Positions 38,930 to 51,986 are shown, numbered from the stretch's first letter. The stretch is 64,000 nucleotides of DNA from Octopus bimaculoides (GCF_001194135.2 NC_068989.1:40060473-40124472); one strand, 5' to 3'. A program made the numbers and translations. The notes: generated by a model from the letters alone, not told the origin.

Positions 38930-39400
38930 GTCGGAAACAGCAATCCTCAAATCTCAAGAATATTTCTTAGAATGCTTACAGAATACAGGATCGCACTCTT
39001 CTGCATATCGACAATGCCAGTTTCAATTCCAATATATTCCAGTCTCTTAATGCACCAATTACCATAGAGTTATTTGTCATCTTAGACTTCCTCCTCTACT
39101 CTCTAGTTAGGTTCTGATATTACTCAATTTTCTCAGTTTCTTAAGCATCCCCTCTTTTATCATACTGAATTGCAAAATCTACGATCTTAGGCTGCTTGTT
39201 TTAATTATTTTTTTACACTCATATATTGTCTTTTTGTTTCTATAGTTTGGTCACTTTTATGGAGGAACCATATAAAATCCTGTAATCATTCTTTATCCCA
39301 ACCTCTAGCTCGTTTTCACACCACTTTTCTACCATTTTGAATCCATACCCTCGGCTAACCTATCAATGCACTCGTTTAAATATACAATCATGTCTGTGCT
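38930..39400 (-). mobile_element. Old R4/Dong-like LINE 3' relic (third variant)
   Basis: Frameshifted ..VIGAL..YIGIETGIVDMQKSAILYSVSILRNILEI* terminus. Confidence 0.6.
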
Positions 39401-40679
39401 TAAAAACTTCCTGTGTTAGCTTATTGCGTTCACTTAAGTGACGGTTAGTATTATCGTCTTCTTTCCTACAGGTTCTGCGTTTGCTCTCTGACAGTTTTTT
39501 TTTCGTTAATCAAGCGACTAATAATTAGTATTTCTGTTTTTCGCTTCAGTTTTCTGTCTGTCAAACAAACCAGCATCTTCCATTTGTTTCAAAGGAATCT
39601 TTCTCATTCATTATGCAGATAACCAGAAGTAGCAGCAAATACTGAATAAAATTATAAAACTCTGAAATGAGTTTAAGATTTTAATGAAACCTTACGGAAT
39701 TTAGATCTGTTTTTATTTTCATTTAGAAAATGCAATATTCTAAAATCACTTTCAGCCAGTATAGTTAGAAAATTAATAGTTATAATTGGCATCTAGATAT
39801 AATAGTTGTGATTAGTTACATCGAAAATGATTATAGCTGGCAGTATTAATTGGTTGGTATTCTTGTTGCTTTTGTATATTTTGTTTCTGTAAAAAACAGT
39901 TTATTTAAGCGTTTTGTGTTCTTGAAAAACCAGTCACGATTTCATTCTGAAGCAATGATGCAATATAAGATACTGGGAATGGATTACCATTTCCTTCTCC
40001 ATACCAGTCTTCTTAATTATCCAGTCTCCCTCCTGTTTATATCAGATAGCAGCTGTTCCACCATCGCCCGTCTCAATACCGTAAAATATCCTGTACCATT
40101 ACAAAGTGTCTTCCTCAAATACACGCTGACAATGATTCACAACCCACTATTTATTTGTCTGACAGGCAAATCTACTAATGAATCAACACTCTCTACATAT
40201 GTCTATTAAAATTATTTTGATTGATGAAGCCGAAAGGTGTCCGCAACCTTTCTGGTAACAATGAAATTATTGGTGTTTACTTGGAACGTATAAAAAAAAT
40301 ATATGAGCAAGGTTGAGATTGGTGAAGTCTCTGGTCTCAGATTTAGTAATGAGAAACAGAGAATGAGACACGACAGTCTACGTAGATCTACTACGTGTGT
40401 ATATGCAAGTATGGCATAACTATGAGGAGGTGGCTATAGATATAGCTAAGCTATATTACTATAGATGTATTAGACATGTGTAATAAATATGTTTGCTATA
40501 GGTATGGCATAAATATATTACTTTAGATATGGTATACATGTGTGCTTACCAGAAGTATGTTATAAATATGTTTGCTATCGATATAGTATACTAGTATACA
40601 TACATTACTATAGATATGGCATAGATATGTAGTTATTATTTATGCCACACCTATATTTGGTTGCTATGTATATAGTGCG

Positions 40680-40895
40680 AAGACTCATGCTCAGTGGACA
40701 GAGCGTTGGGCTCACAGTCATGAGGTAGTAGGTTGCGACATCACTGGCACCAAGCTGTATCGGTAGCGTGTAGAGGAAAGGCCAGTATGCATGGATGACT
40801 TCTGGTTTCCATAAACAACCTTGCCCAGAATTGTGCCTCGGAGCATAAGTTCAATCCCATGGTCATTATTGACCGAAGGGGATCTTTACCCTTTC
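40680..40895 (+). mobile_element. tRNA-derived SINE, distinct family
   Basis: A-box gctcagtggacagagc, tRNA-like head, tail ..atcccatggtcattattgaccgaagggg atctttaccc. Confidence 0.55.
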
Positions 40896-40899
40896 TATA

Positions 40900-41340
40900 C
40901 TTTTTATTTGTTTCAGTCATTTGACTGCGGCCATGCTGGAGCACCGTCTTTTAGTCGAACAAATCGACTCCAGGATTTATTTTTTTGTAAGCCTTGTACT
41001 TATTTTATCGTACTCTTTCACCGAACCGCTAAGTTACAGGGACGTAAACACCAACATCGGTTGTCATGCGATGGTAGAGGGACACAAACACAGAGACATA
41101 AACATATACATATATATATACGACGAGCTTCTTTCAATTTCCGTCTTTCAAATCCACTCACAAGGCATTCTGGTAACAATGAAATTATTGGTGTTTACTT
41201 GGAACGTATAAAAAAATATATGAGCAGAGTTGAGATTAGTGAAGTAGGCTTTGGTAGAAGACAGTTGCCCAAGGTGCCACGCAGTGGGACTGAACTTGGA
41301 ACCATGTGGTTGGTAAGCAAGCTGCTCACCACACAAGCAG
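40900..41340 (-). mobile_element. SINE family B carrying a ~78-bp foreign insert
   Basis: Reverse complement of family B from tail (cagtcatttgactgcggccatgctggagcaccg) to head (gggactgaacttggaaccatgtggttggtaagcaagc); insert at 41168-41245. Confidence 0.9.
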
Positions 41341-41478
41341 CTTACTACATAGATACTCCTACGCCTATATATATATATATATATATATATNNNNNNNNNN
41401 NNNNNNNNNNNNNNNNNNNNNNNNNNNNNNNNNNNNNNNNNNNNNNAGTATGTATGTGTGTGTGTGTACATTATATAT

Positions 41479-41532
<54 letters not shown>

Positions 41533-41636
41533 TATAGACGTGTTCGTTACAGACATGCTATAGGCTTGTTACAATAGTTATGTCGTAGTCCTGTGGTTGC
41601 TATAAATATAAGACAGATCTATTGCTAAACGTGTTC

Positions 41637-42912
41637 ATTATTTACAATGGACGAACAAGTGTCCTCACCTTGTTCGTTGCTACGACAACTCTCCAGCTTT
41701 TATCAGAAGTTCTGGTGGAATTTCGAACCCACCTTTTTCTTTGAACTCAGAATCCGAGAGCTAATAGCCCACGCTCTTTTTCACTATGCTCGTAAACAAT
41801 TATAGAGTGAATATTGGGGCTTATAAACCTAATATTTATCTTTTCTTAATACCGTACCGGTTCCCATATTACATTCATATCTGCACTAGGTCTGCTTAGG
41901 AGATTATTGTATCCTAACATTTGTGCTGCCTCTTTTAACTTTCGTATTTTCCAGTGGTGTTCTCTTTCTATCATTTTAACTTTATCCCACTGGGGCAGTA
42001 GTCTCCATTTTTCTATACATAATCAGCTATACCCAATTTTTCAATATCCCTTCGTATCACAGCTTTACGATGTTCTTCTTCACTTACTTTAAGGTGGCAG
42101 CATGTTTTTCCTTTGTATACCCTACGCAACTGTATGGGATGGAGTACACGCAGTGTTTGGTCATATTCTTTTCTATGGCTGGTTTTACTCGGAGGAGATA
42201 TTTGCGAAGTGTTGTACTACTTCAGAATACTTCTCTGATGTCATATGGATCGCATATCTTTTGTATCTTTTCCGAGAGGCCTTTGACATAGGGTAAACAG
42301 ACTGTGACGCGTTTATGGGTTTCATCCTCTCTCCACTTCCTAACTGGAGTGGTTAGTATGTTTTCTGAGTAGTTGTTGCACAGTAGATTATTTCTTAGCC
42401 TGATCATTTCTTCGTGGTGAGTATCTGGATCGCTACTTATAGCCTTGCTCAATGTTTTAGGCACTCTTTATACTGTATGGATGGTGAGAATTGAAGTTGC
42501 GGTATTGTCCAGTGTAGGTTGGCTGGCGGTATGTGGATGTCCTGAACTCATACTCAGTGCGTGTTATTAATACATCCATAAATGCCAGCTGATTGTCTTT
42601 CTCCTTTTCCATTGTGAACTGTATGGATGGCTTTATTGACTTCATGATCTAGAAGTACTTGGACATACTCCTGGTGGGGCCAGAGTATAAAGGTGTCATC
42701 AACATATTGAAGCCATAAGGTTGGTTTGAGTGGTGCTGATCCTAAAGCCAAATTCTCAAAGGAATGAGAGCAGAGTACCCCATTAGTCAAATAAAGAATT
42801 GGATTCGAAATTCCATCAGAACACCTGACGAAGGCTGGAGAGTACATCAGCTGAAATGTTGTTGTAACAACAAACAAGGTGGGGACACACATCCGTCCAT
42901 TGTAAATAATGT
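41637..42912 (-). mobile_element. Penelope-like element (RT C-half plus GIY-YIG) bounded by inverted pseudo-LTRs
   Basis: FENLALGSAPLKPTLWLQYVDDTFILWPH; IQFTMEKEKDNQLAFMDVLI; TYRQPTYTGQY.NFNSHHP; TVCLPYVKGLSEKI; CVYSIP. Segments 41637-41730 and 42801-42910 are inverted copies. Confidence 0.9.
42820..42865 (+). ncRNA. Degenerate type I hammerhead motif in the inverted pseudo-LTR
   Basis: aacac-CTGACGA-a-ggctg(gagagtacat)cagct-GAAA-tg-tt-gttgt; core and stem II intact, stems I and III imperfect. Confidence 0.6.
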
Positions 42913-44269
42913 GCATAGTTCCTCATCTCAAAAATATAGAACAGTCGTATGTAGTTGCTGATTGATGTACATATAACATTAATATCTTACAACAGATATG
43001 TAATAGATATGCAATCGTTCATCAATGAAGGTAAGATGCAGTTTTTGTAACGAGTGAAGTATTTTAGCAGTGTGCTATTTATTAGCATGCAGGATACAGT
43101 GACATATGTATGTTTTGTGTTCTGTTTATTGATTGATTCTCTGCCTTGATGAATGAAACTGTTCTCACATTTTCGTTTCAAGATGCTATCGTCTTATCTA
43201 TTACATGTAGTAATGCAGGTCTGACGAGTGATGACGGTTTTAGTGTGCAGTGGACGATGGAAGTGGTAAAGAAGTGAAGGATTCCATCATCTACATTTTA
43301 GTTGATGACTGGTTAAAAGCACCAATGAGTAGTTGATGTCCACAAGAGTATGTTAAACATTACAGATCCTTGGACTACATTTCAGTTGTTAATGTGAATA
43401 AAGCAAAGAAATCTTCATGTAATTAGCTGCATCAGTAGTTTGGTGTTCCCCAACACCAAAATATAGATAGGCTCGAACACCACTTTAGTGATCCCCAAAG
43501 CCCAAACAATAGATATCTTCTAACACCACACTACCACTGTCCTCGAACGCTGAACAATAGATGTCTTCACCGAAACTGAGACAATGCTGTTAAACTCGAA
43601 GCTGCGTTAAGCAGAGCGGGTCTTCCGAATAGAGGATGATTACCTGCACAATATTGTGCTAGATGATGAACTCTACACTTGCAACCGTGGCTGATGTGCA
43701 CCAAAAGAAAAGGTACAGGAATATCATGAAGAAATCCCTTAGTGTGTGTCACACTTTTCACATTGTTCATCAACGGTGGTCTACTGCAGCCATCAGTTTT
43801 TTTCCTCCTTCGAGAATACAAGTAGAGCTATCTTCGAAGACAAAAGCTGATTATAGAAATAGAGTGACACAAATGCACCAAATCCTTTGAGAGAATTTAC
43901 GAATTTGACTTGCAGCACCTGCGGTCAGGTCTGTCCATCTCGTATTGGCATAGTCAGCTTCCATCAAACCTGCAGTAGACCTGGACATTTTCCTTCATGA
44001 ATCGTCATTCGTAAAGCCAAATGTATGAGTATGGTGTGAAGTTTTCAGAAAAGTTAATCGATCATTTTGGTTAAATTGCAGTTCGGAACCGATTTCTTTA
44101 CATCACTGCTGTTATGAGCGAAAACATTATCATATTCACTATTTCTAATAATTTCAATCACGTAGGATAACCAATGATAAATGATGATGCTGTAATTTGC
44201 ATGAGACTGTATTACAAATAACGTTTTATTCCTTAGTTTAAGTTCACAAATTTATTAAAGTCAGAAGTC

Positions 44270-44540
44270 AATGCCTGTCTCCATCTTATAGACCCATTAA
44301 GTCAGAGTTTATCCCAGTTTCCGTTGTATTTAAGCGACTGAAGGTATAGGATATACCACTGAATAAGATACCCGTTCACTGTAGAGCTAATTTCCAGCAA
44401 GTGCCGGTACTCGTTTTCAGTTGAGTGAACTCAACCAACATAAACTGAAGCACCTTGCTCAAGAACACAACGTACTACACCGATTCAAGAATGGATCCCG
44501 TGACTTGACGATTGTGACACCATCATTCAAATTACATCGC
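44270..44540 (-). mobile_element. Old tRNA-derived CORE-like SINE
   Basis: Reverse strand has gttgtgttcttgagcaaggtgct..; tail cttaatgggtctataag. Confidence 0.5.
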
Positions 44541-45879
44541 TATGCACCTTTCCATATTTATAGAAGATGCAAATTAGTGAGACGTTTTTTTGTCTTTATT
44601 GCCAAAAGGTGGTAGTGTTGTGAATTTGATTCTGTTTAGATGCATTAAACTGAAATCGAATCGTAGACTGTTCCTTAAGGCTGTGTGCTACAGTATTTTA
44701 AATTTGATTGTGACTTGGAGCCTTATACTTGATAATTTAACATTAGATCCTTCATTTCTGATCACAATAAGTTTTCAGAAATTGCTTGAATTTAGCTCGA
44801 ACTTTCAATTAAATTCGAGACTTGAAAGGCTTAAATTTTGATTTTCATTTAAATAGCAGCCTTCGGCATTTACCAGAGTTTTGTAGCCAATTTTAGTATG
44901 TTAATGATTGTCATTACTAGTTCTGCAGTGCAATGTAAGAAACGCAATAAAGATAACTATTTAGTTTGAAACTGCATCACAATAATTTAGCCCAGAGAAA
45001 AAGAAAGCAGTTACTCAACTTGCTAGAAATATCAATCAAATTCCTGCAAATCACACCTAACCGTCTTAATCAAGGAAGGAGACATTGCAGCCCTAGATTT
45101 ATAAAAAAAAATCCCAGACAGGATGGTCACGACATGAACACCTTTGACCATAGTTCTATTCAATATTTACCGATGCGAGGTTAAGCAACAACTACATTTA
45201 ATATTAGGTACTGTAAATCGTCAAGTTTGAGTCTTTGATGTATTGGCTATCGTCTGCTTAATTTTCTATATATTTTGTTATCACGTTTATTAAAATAAAA
45301 CTTTTCACGTTGATACAGAGCCAGTAATTTGATTAATAGACCAAGAAAAACAGAAAACTGATTTTCGTATGTTTATCAATGGGGCTTAAGAGATATAAAT
45401 AAGCCATGCTACATTGAACTGAGACTTAAAGAACTGACCTGGAAACCGACGCATATCGAAGCACATGGATAAACCAAGTTATTAAATGTTGCAACCATTA
45501 TGTCGCCTAAGAATGTAGCTGTTGTTGGCCTTAGTGACGGTATTGGAGTACGGAAGAAAATGATAGATGGTCATGTATGATAGTATGAGTTATTGATTTA
45601 TTTGATAATTAATGAATAATGCAATGACTCCTTGTAAATAATACAAAGAACATTGGAGCCGGCCTTGTAGCAATAAAATATTCAAATATATTTTCATCAC
45701 GTTCGTCATTTTTTAAAGAGGCTGATGACATTCTTTTCGTGATATATCGTATTGCGATCGATCAATGATTGATGCATACATGATCAATAAATATATACAA
45801 AGAACTAAAGCAGATGGCTACCACATATACGTAGTTACTGCACATAAACGTACACAATTACTACCTATATACATGCTGC

Positions 45880-45996
45880 TATCACAAAGAGGCATTCAAC
45901 TGTTACACAAATACAGATACACACATACACATGTATACATATATTTATATACATACATACATGCATATATATACACATGTATACATACATACATGC

Positions 45997-46065
<69 letters not shown>

Positions 46066-46080
46066 CACATACATGTATGC
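45880..46080. repeat. (CATA)n and (CA)n tract
   Basis: Direct reading. Confidence 0.9.
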
Positions 46081-46199
46081 ATGAAAAATATGGTCATCTG
46101 AACTCTCAGTTTACAACAAACATCACCTACAACACCTTTGCAGAGCCTATCCTCACGCTCACACCTGGCTTTCTAAATTAATCACTGCAAAAGCTAGCA

Positions 46200-46900
46200 A
46201 GTTGCTCTATGTTACTGGAACCTTTAATGTCAATAGAGATGTAAACAGGCTATATCTTCCGCTCATGGACGGTAGCGGTGGTTTAAATCTGTATAGAAAC
46301 ACGTACTCTGACACTGAAGTGATGTCTGCAGCAGAGGAAAGAGACGAGTAACTATCTTGCCCCAGTTCACTAGCGCGAAAACAGCAGAGTCATTAGAATA
46401 GTTAGTGAACTTGAGGAAGCGCATAAAATAAGAAACGAGGCAAATCTCTTCAGTTCATAGGACTTTGGTACGAAAGATTCAAGCAATAGACGGTATAAAT
46501 CACCGACAAGCTTATGACATCCTCTTTGAAGGCTACCTCTATGCAATTCAAGAGGAAGAGATCCCCATCCAAAACTTGCTGCATAAAAGGTATAAAACAT
46601 CGACAGGCAACAAATATAGGCTGTGCAAAACTAAAACTAAAGACATCGACCATATTATTGCTAACTGCGAGAGAATGTATGAGAGATAGCATGTTAGCAT
46701 GAGACATGGTGTAGTGGTTAAAATAATCTGCAACAGAAGAAGAAGAAAACAACAACAGATGAAGTTGACTTTTTTGACACCGATGAATTAAAAGAAAATT
46801 AGTGGAACTTAAATACTTGAAATGCCATCATGTTAAAAGATAACCAGCCAGATATTGTTGTGTGAGACCCAACAATATATTTTGAGGAAAACAGTTGTCC
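46200..46900 (+). mobile_element. R4/Dong-like LINE relic (post-RT, zinc finger and RLE)
   Basis: DVNRLYLPLMDGSGGL; EGYLYAIQEEEI; YRLCKTKTKDIDHIIANC; PDIVV. Confidence 0.7.
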
Positions 46901-46934
46901 TCTGGTTACAAAAATACAAAACAAAGAAAACCGC

Positions 46935-47030
46935 TTTCGCAGAACCGCTAAGTTACAGTGACATAAACAAACCAATACTGACACCGGTTGTCAAGCGGTG
47001 ATAAGATGCAAACACAAAGTATTACATGCA
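46935..47030 (-). mobile_element. SINE family B fragment
   Basis: gaaccgctaagttacagtgacataaaca..acaccggttgtcaagcggtg. Confidence 0.7.
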
Positions 47031-47042
47031 CACGCACGCACA

Positions 47043-47096
<54 letters not shown>

Positions 47097-47120
47097 CATA
47101 CAAACAGACAGACAGACAGA

Positions 47121-47331
47121 TATTGCTGAAGACTTCCTGGCTTAAGAGTCCCGGGAAAGGCCTGGCTGGAGGCTCAACCGCCCGAGTTCTTTTACAGGGC
47201 TTAGAAGAACTGAAGAACCGTTGCAATAAGTGCATGAATCTGAAAGGGAAATGTGTTGAATGAAATCATAATAAACTGATCCTCCTGTATTTTCTTTTAT
47301 CCAAAGTCAGGAAGTTTTCAACACCCAATCG
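47121..47331 (+). mobile_element. Mariner-derived MITE (~210 bp) retaining the transposase C-terminus
   Basis: Degenerate TIRs tgctgaagacttcctggctt / aaagtcaggaagttttcaaca; encodes QGLEELKNRCNKCMNLKGKCVE*. Confidence 0.75.
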
Positions 47332-47887
47332 AACATTCATACATACATACATACATACATACATACATACATGCATGCATGCATACATATACATACATAC
47401 ATACATATTTCTGAATTAGTAAAACAAATTACTTTAACATCTTAAGTAGAATATACCAAAAGTACATAAATATAAATACATATACATATCTATACAAATA
47501 ACTCCGTATATATACAAATATATACTTACATACACTTATATAAGAGGCAAATTCAATTATTCATCACAACCGCGTGCGTATTTGATCAAGATAATACCGC
47601 AGTAAATATCAGCACCGAAGTGATTAATAAATATGTATGCATACATAATTAAGGATAAAACAAATAATGATTCCTGCATGTTGAGAAAACGGCTGCAAAC
47701 CATTAATTGATAAAATTTATACATAAAGAACATGGTAGAGACCTTAGAAGGGGAGTAAGGTTGTGTATACTGGAGTTGTAAAGTAAGAGTATATTCATCT
47801 AAAGCGTTAAGCATAAGAAGGCTCAAGTAGATATAATTAGTGAAAATGTCATATTGTGGTATTATGTACATCCTTATTACATCAATG

Positions 47888-48100
47888 TGGAGGCGCGTGG
47901 TTTAGTGGTTAGGGTGTCAGCATCATGATTGTAAGATTGTGGTTTCTGAGTAAAGCACTTCATTTCACGTTGCTCCTGTCCACGCAGCTGGCAAAAATTA
48001 GTAACACTGCGATGGACTGGCGTCCCGTCCAGCGGGGGAACACATACGCCATTGAAACCGGGCCCATGAGCCTGGCTAGGCTTTAAAAGGGCGCATTTAT
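47888..48100 (+). mobile_element. tRNA-derived SINE with V-domain-like motif (head partly deleted)
   Basis: A-box gtggtttagtggttagg; ctgagtaaagcactt; ctgcgatggactggcgtcccgtccag resembles the V-SINE domain (recalled, unverified). Confidence 0.6.
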
Positions 48101-49199
48101 TATTTTATTTATTACATCAATAGAAATTAATATGCAGAGTTTAAGTTTAATTCAAGTGTGTATAGTTATTAATATTTAATAAAAGTAGAGGACATTCTTG
48201 GCAGTCTATTACTTATTATAAATATCGAAAGGGTTAAAAGACTAATAAGAATATTAAGTTAATGTTAGGTAACATAAAGATTATAATATAGAATAAAATA
48301 AATCAAAATAGAGTAAAGAGTGAAAGTAGATAGAGAAATATAAATAAATGAATAAATAATTTATAAGTTATTACCTTTCTCTCCTTAAAACGTTATCATT
48401 GTGCTAGACTAATAAAGATAAAGCACTATTGGACAAAATTTAATTTAAAGATTTTAGATATGCAGCGTTCGCTTGATGATATACCGGATGTAAATACATT
48501 AAGTGGCTCGAGTTAGGAGATATTGTATTTAACATAAATAAATACACAAATAAGAGTTAAAGGGAATAAATATATGCTAATAAAAGTAAAAATAAGGGTT
48601 TAAATATGGGTTAATTCAACAAGTTAAATTTAAATCTGTTAAAAATTTATTGAAATAGTTAAATATATATATAGTTAAATATAAAGCCCTAAAAACCGGA
48701 AATAGTATTCATATAGAGGTGAGTGGCTAAAGAGAATCTAGGAATAATCTAAGTTAGGGACACACCAAAGCGAAAACGGGTAGAACTAAATAAATGTTGT
48801 TTACAGTGAGCTAGGAAAAAGCTACAGGTTTGGTTCATATAGTATAATGAATTTAATTTAGAGAAGAGCTTATGAAAACCTAGGAACAATCTCCATTCCA
48901 ATATTGAATAATTTTGAGGCTAGTGTTCACTATTCGTTCCGTGAATAGTATCAGAATACACCTGTCCTCTATAACCTCATCAGCGACTTGTTTCCTCGGT
49001 CTCATTAATTTTGGGTTTTTTCTGTTTTTCGTTCTATCATCTATGTTATTCTTTCTTTCTAATATTGCTCTACACTTTCGTCCTCTCTTTTTATCTTTCT
49101 ATGAGGTCGTGGAATGTGCTAGAAACACTAGCGAAATCTCTCTTAAATCAGATATCTTTTTATCTGAAAAATATTAAAAAAATATGCGCAGAAACAAAT

Positions 49200-49800
49200 C
49201 GTGGATTCCGACTGTCCGTATTTTAAACCTGTGATTACAAAAAGTTTCAATAAAACACGAAAATTTGGGATTTATGGGGTGGGGTGAGTGTGTCCTGGTT
49301 AATAAAAAAAAATTGTTAATTTCACTATTGCTTTTAAATTACGCCCCATTTTCTGTTTTAAAATAAAGGAAATGGGGATTAAATTTTTTTTTTAACTATG
49401 AAGGTTTTTCCCATTGTTTTTACGTGCGTGGTGTAAAAACAAAAAACAATATAGTCAAAATCGGTACTGAGTGGGCAAGGGGTTGAAAAAGTCATGAATT
49501 TCCAAAAACATTTTTTTACTTTTACCAAAAAGGCGCCTCCCATTGATTTTAAGTGCATAGTGAAAAAAAAAAAAGACAAAACAAAAAACAAAACAGACAA
49601 ACAAACAAATGAACAAAATCGGTCTGCAAGGATGGAGGTGGTGTGGATTCATAAAATCTCAAACATTGCTTTTTTTTTTTCATAAAAAGATGGGCGCCCA
49701 CTATTTGTAAGAGTATGGGGAAAAAATATTGAGAAATCCCTCTCGAAACGGGAGAAAATCCGACTTATGTAAGAGTGCTATTCCGAAAGTCGGTCAAGTC
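49200..49800. repeat. Modular repeat with ~160-bp degenerate subunits and a terminal hairpin
   Basis: Two caaaatcggt..ggcgcc units (~49455 and ~49613); ccgact at 49208; hairpin ccgactt/aagtcgg at 49760-49793. Confidence 0.45.
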
Positions 49801-50371
49801 ATTCTATTGTGAAAATTACCCAGCAATGACGGGATACTCAGCTAGTACATATAGAAAATAAGTAATTTCTCCGTAGGAATCACAATTGAAACATTTGGCT
49901 ATGTTAAAAGCAAATAAGACAGAGAAGAGAATACCTATATTATTAGTCACTTAGAATTCCATTTTATGGAGTTTTACTCTGATCACCCAACCCGAATTTT
50001 ACGCACACCCAAATACTTACAAACTGCTGCGTAATCGCATTAAATTAATTATGTATGGTGTCTTTATACACACTGCTGTATATAAGATTTTGAGAGAATG
50101 TGGAATATTTCGAAGCACCAGCATAAAGTTGTAAGTAATAGCATGCAAGTATTACGTTGAATCTTTATATAATTAAGAAGAAATTACATAAGACTTAGAA
50201 GTTCTCATCCAAATAATCTAAATAAATGTGGTGCGTAATATGTACACACAAACGCACACACTATCTGAAAGAGGATTAAAAGAAAACTTACATGGTTTTC
50301 ATGCTGGACGTGTCTTTTTATTAAACAGAATTCATGATCTAGAAATCAATTTAATATGTCAAACTTGATAT

Positions 50372-50790
50372 AAGGCAGCGAACTAACGGAATCAATAGCG
50401 CAAACTCTTTGAACTCTTTATGTTCTGAGTTCAAATTCTTCCAAGGTCGACTTTGGCTTTTATCTTTTTGGGATCGATAAAATATTTATTAAGTAGAGCA
50501 TTGGGATCGATAAAATATGTACCAAGTAACCGATTTACACCCTCCCCGAAATTGCTGGCCTTGTTTCAAAGTATGAAATCAATGTGTCACTTGTTATGGG
50601 GGTGAGCCAGCAGAATCGTTAATATGCGTGGCAAAATGCTTAGCAGCATTTCGAAACTCTACCTAGTTCGACTTTGCGTTTGATAATTTCGGGGTCGACA
50701 AAATAAGTACCAGTAGAGCAATGGGGTCGATGTAATCGACGTAGCCCCTCCTTTGAAATTGCTGACCTTGTCCAAAAATTTGACATCTTT
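50372..50790 (+). mobile_element. Two tandem SINE family A copies
   Basis: Heads at ~50372 and ~50600, each with ..gtcgacttt.. and ggg(a/g)tcga.aaaata motifs. Confidence 0.8.
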
Positions 50791-51257
50791 ATGTGTAACT
50801 TGTTGATATACGTTTCTCCTATAAATATATGCGAATATATTGCATGCAAGCTCAAAACTACTTGTGAAATTAGGAATTTATCAATAGCAGCTAAATATTT
50901 GGCTATGTGGAACCATCACCTGAAATTCTTTGAGGTTTTTGCTTTGACCCTTTCTATTCAGCGTTCAAAACCCATAGGCATCAGCTTTGTCTTTTATCCT
51001 CACAAAGCTCATAGAATATGTTGGACTGCTATTATGCTGGGACTCCATATTCAAAACTATATTTAACTTATATCAACTCCAGTATTTGAATTTTTTTAAA
51101 TTCTAAGTTATCTTGAGTGGAGTTTGTTCTCAGAATGAAAAGGGACATAACCAAATACCACAAAGATTTTGCCTGATGACATCGATTCTGCCAGTCCATA
51201 GTACATGAAAGGAAGACTAATGAAAATGAGAAACGATGGTTCTGGCGGTAGTGGTGA

Positions 51258-51372
51258 TGATTCTTTTCTACTCTAGGCACAAGGCTCGAAATTTTTAGAT
51301 CGACCTCAGTAGGCATCTGGCACTTAATTTAACCACCCCGAAAGGATGAAAGGCAAAGTAGAACTCGGCAGA
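51258..51372 (-). mobile_element. SINE family A partial
   Basis: ttctactctaggcacaagg..ccccgaaaggatgaaaggcaaagtaga. Confidence 0.75.
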
Positions 51373-51729
51373 GGTAGTCGTGGTGATTATGATGATAATG
51401 ATGATGACGATGACATTTTAAGGAACTAAAGTACAAGAAAGAACGTGATGGCTAATTGATTGAAAAGCTCCTGTATACATGACTGTATGGCGAAGAATTT
51501 CCTTTTGGAAACATGTGATTCTGAGTTTGATCCCACTTAGCAGCACTGGACAAGGTTTTCTACTACAGTTTCAAATCAAGCAAAGCAATACTTTGACAGT
51601 AGAATTTAGTACATGGCAACTGTGTTGAAAGATATTGGCTCTTACACACACACATATGCACACGCCCAAACATGTACACAAACACACATACATATATTCA
51701 TATTATGCCACACACACACACGCACACAG

Positions 51730-51946
51730 TGGAAGGGATGCTGAAAAGTTCCTGGCTTTCGATAAAAGCAAATAGAGGGCGATCAGTTAATTATGATTTT
51801 ATTCAACAAATTCCCCTCTCAGATTCACACGCTTATTGCAGCGGTCCTTCAGTTTTTCTAATCCCTGTAAAAAAAATTGAAAGTTTGACCCTCCAACCAG
51901 GCCTTTCGCGTTACCTTTAAAGAGAGGTACTTTTCAGTATCCCCTC

Positions 51947-51950
<4 letters not shown>
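51730..51950 (-). mobile_element. Mariner-derived MITE (same family as 47121)
   Basis: TIRs gggatgctgaaaagttcctggcttt / aaagagaggtacttttcagtatcccctcg. Confidence 0.75.

Positions 51951-51986
<36 letters not shown>

Noticed and set aside
40222-40245. TTGATGA-AGCCGAAAGGT resembling the classic hammerhead stem II
   Set aside because: The second GAAA and the flanking stems are absent.
43440-44100. Three ~50-bp degenerate repeats followed by unexplained, more GC-balanced sequence
   Set aside because: No protein motif in any frame that I could support; the repeats are too diverged to define confidently.
48400-49200. Possible very old Penelope RT and R4-type N-terminal relics on the minus strand
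   Set aside because: Only faint motif echoes in AT-rich sequence.
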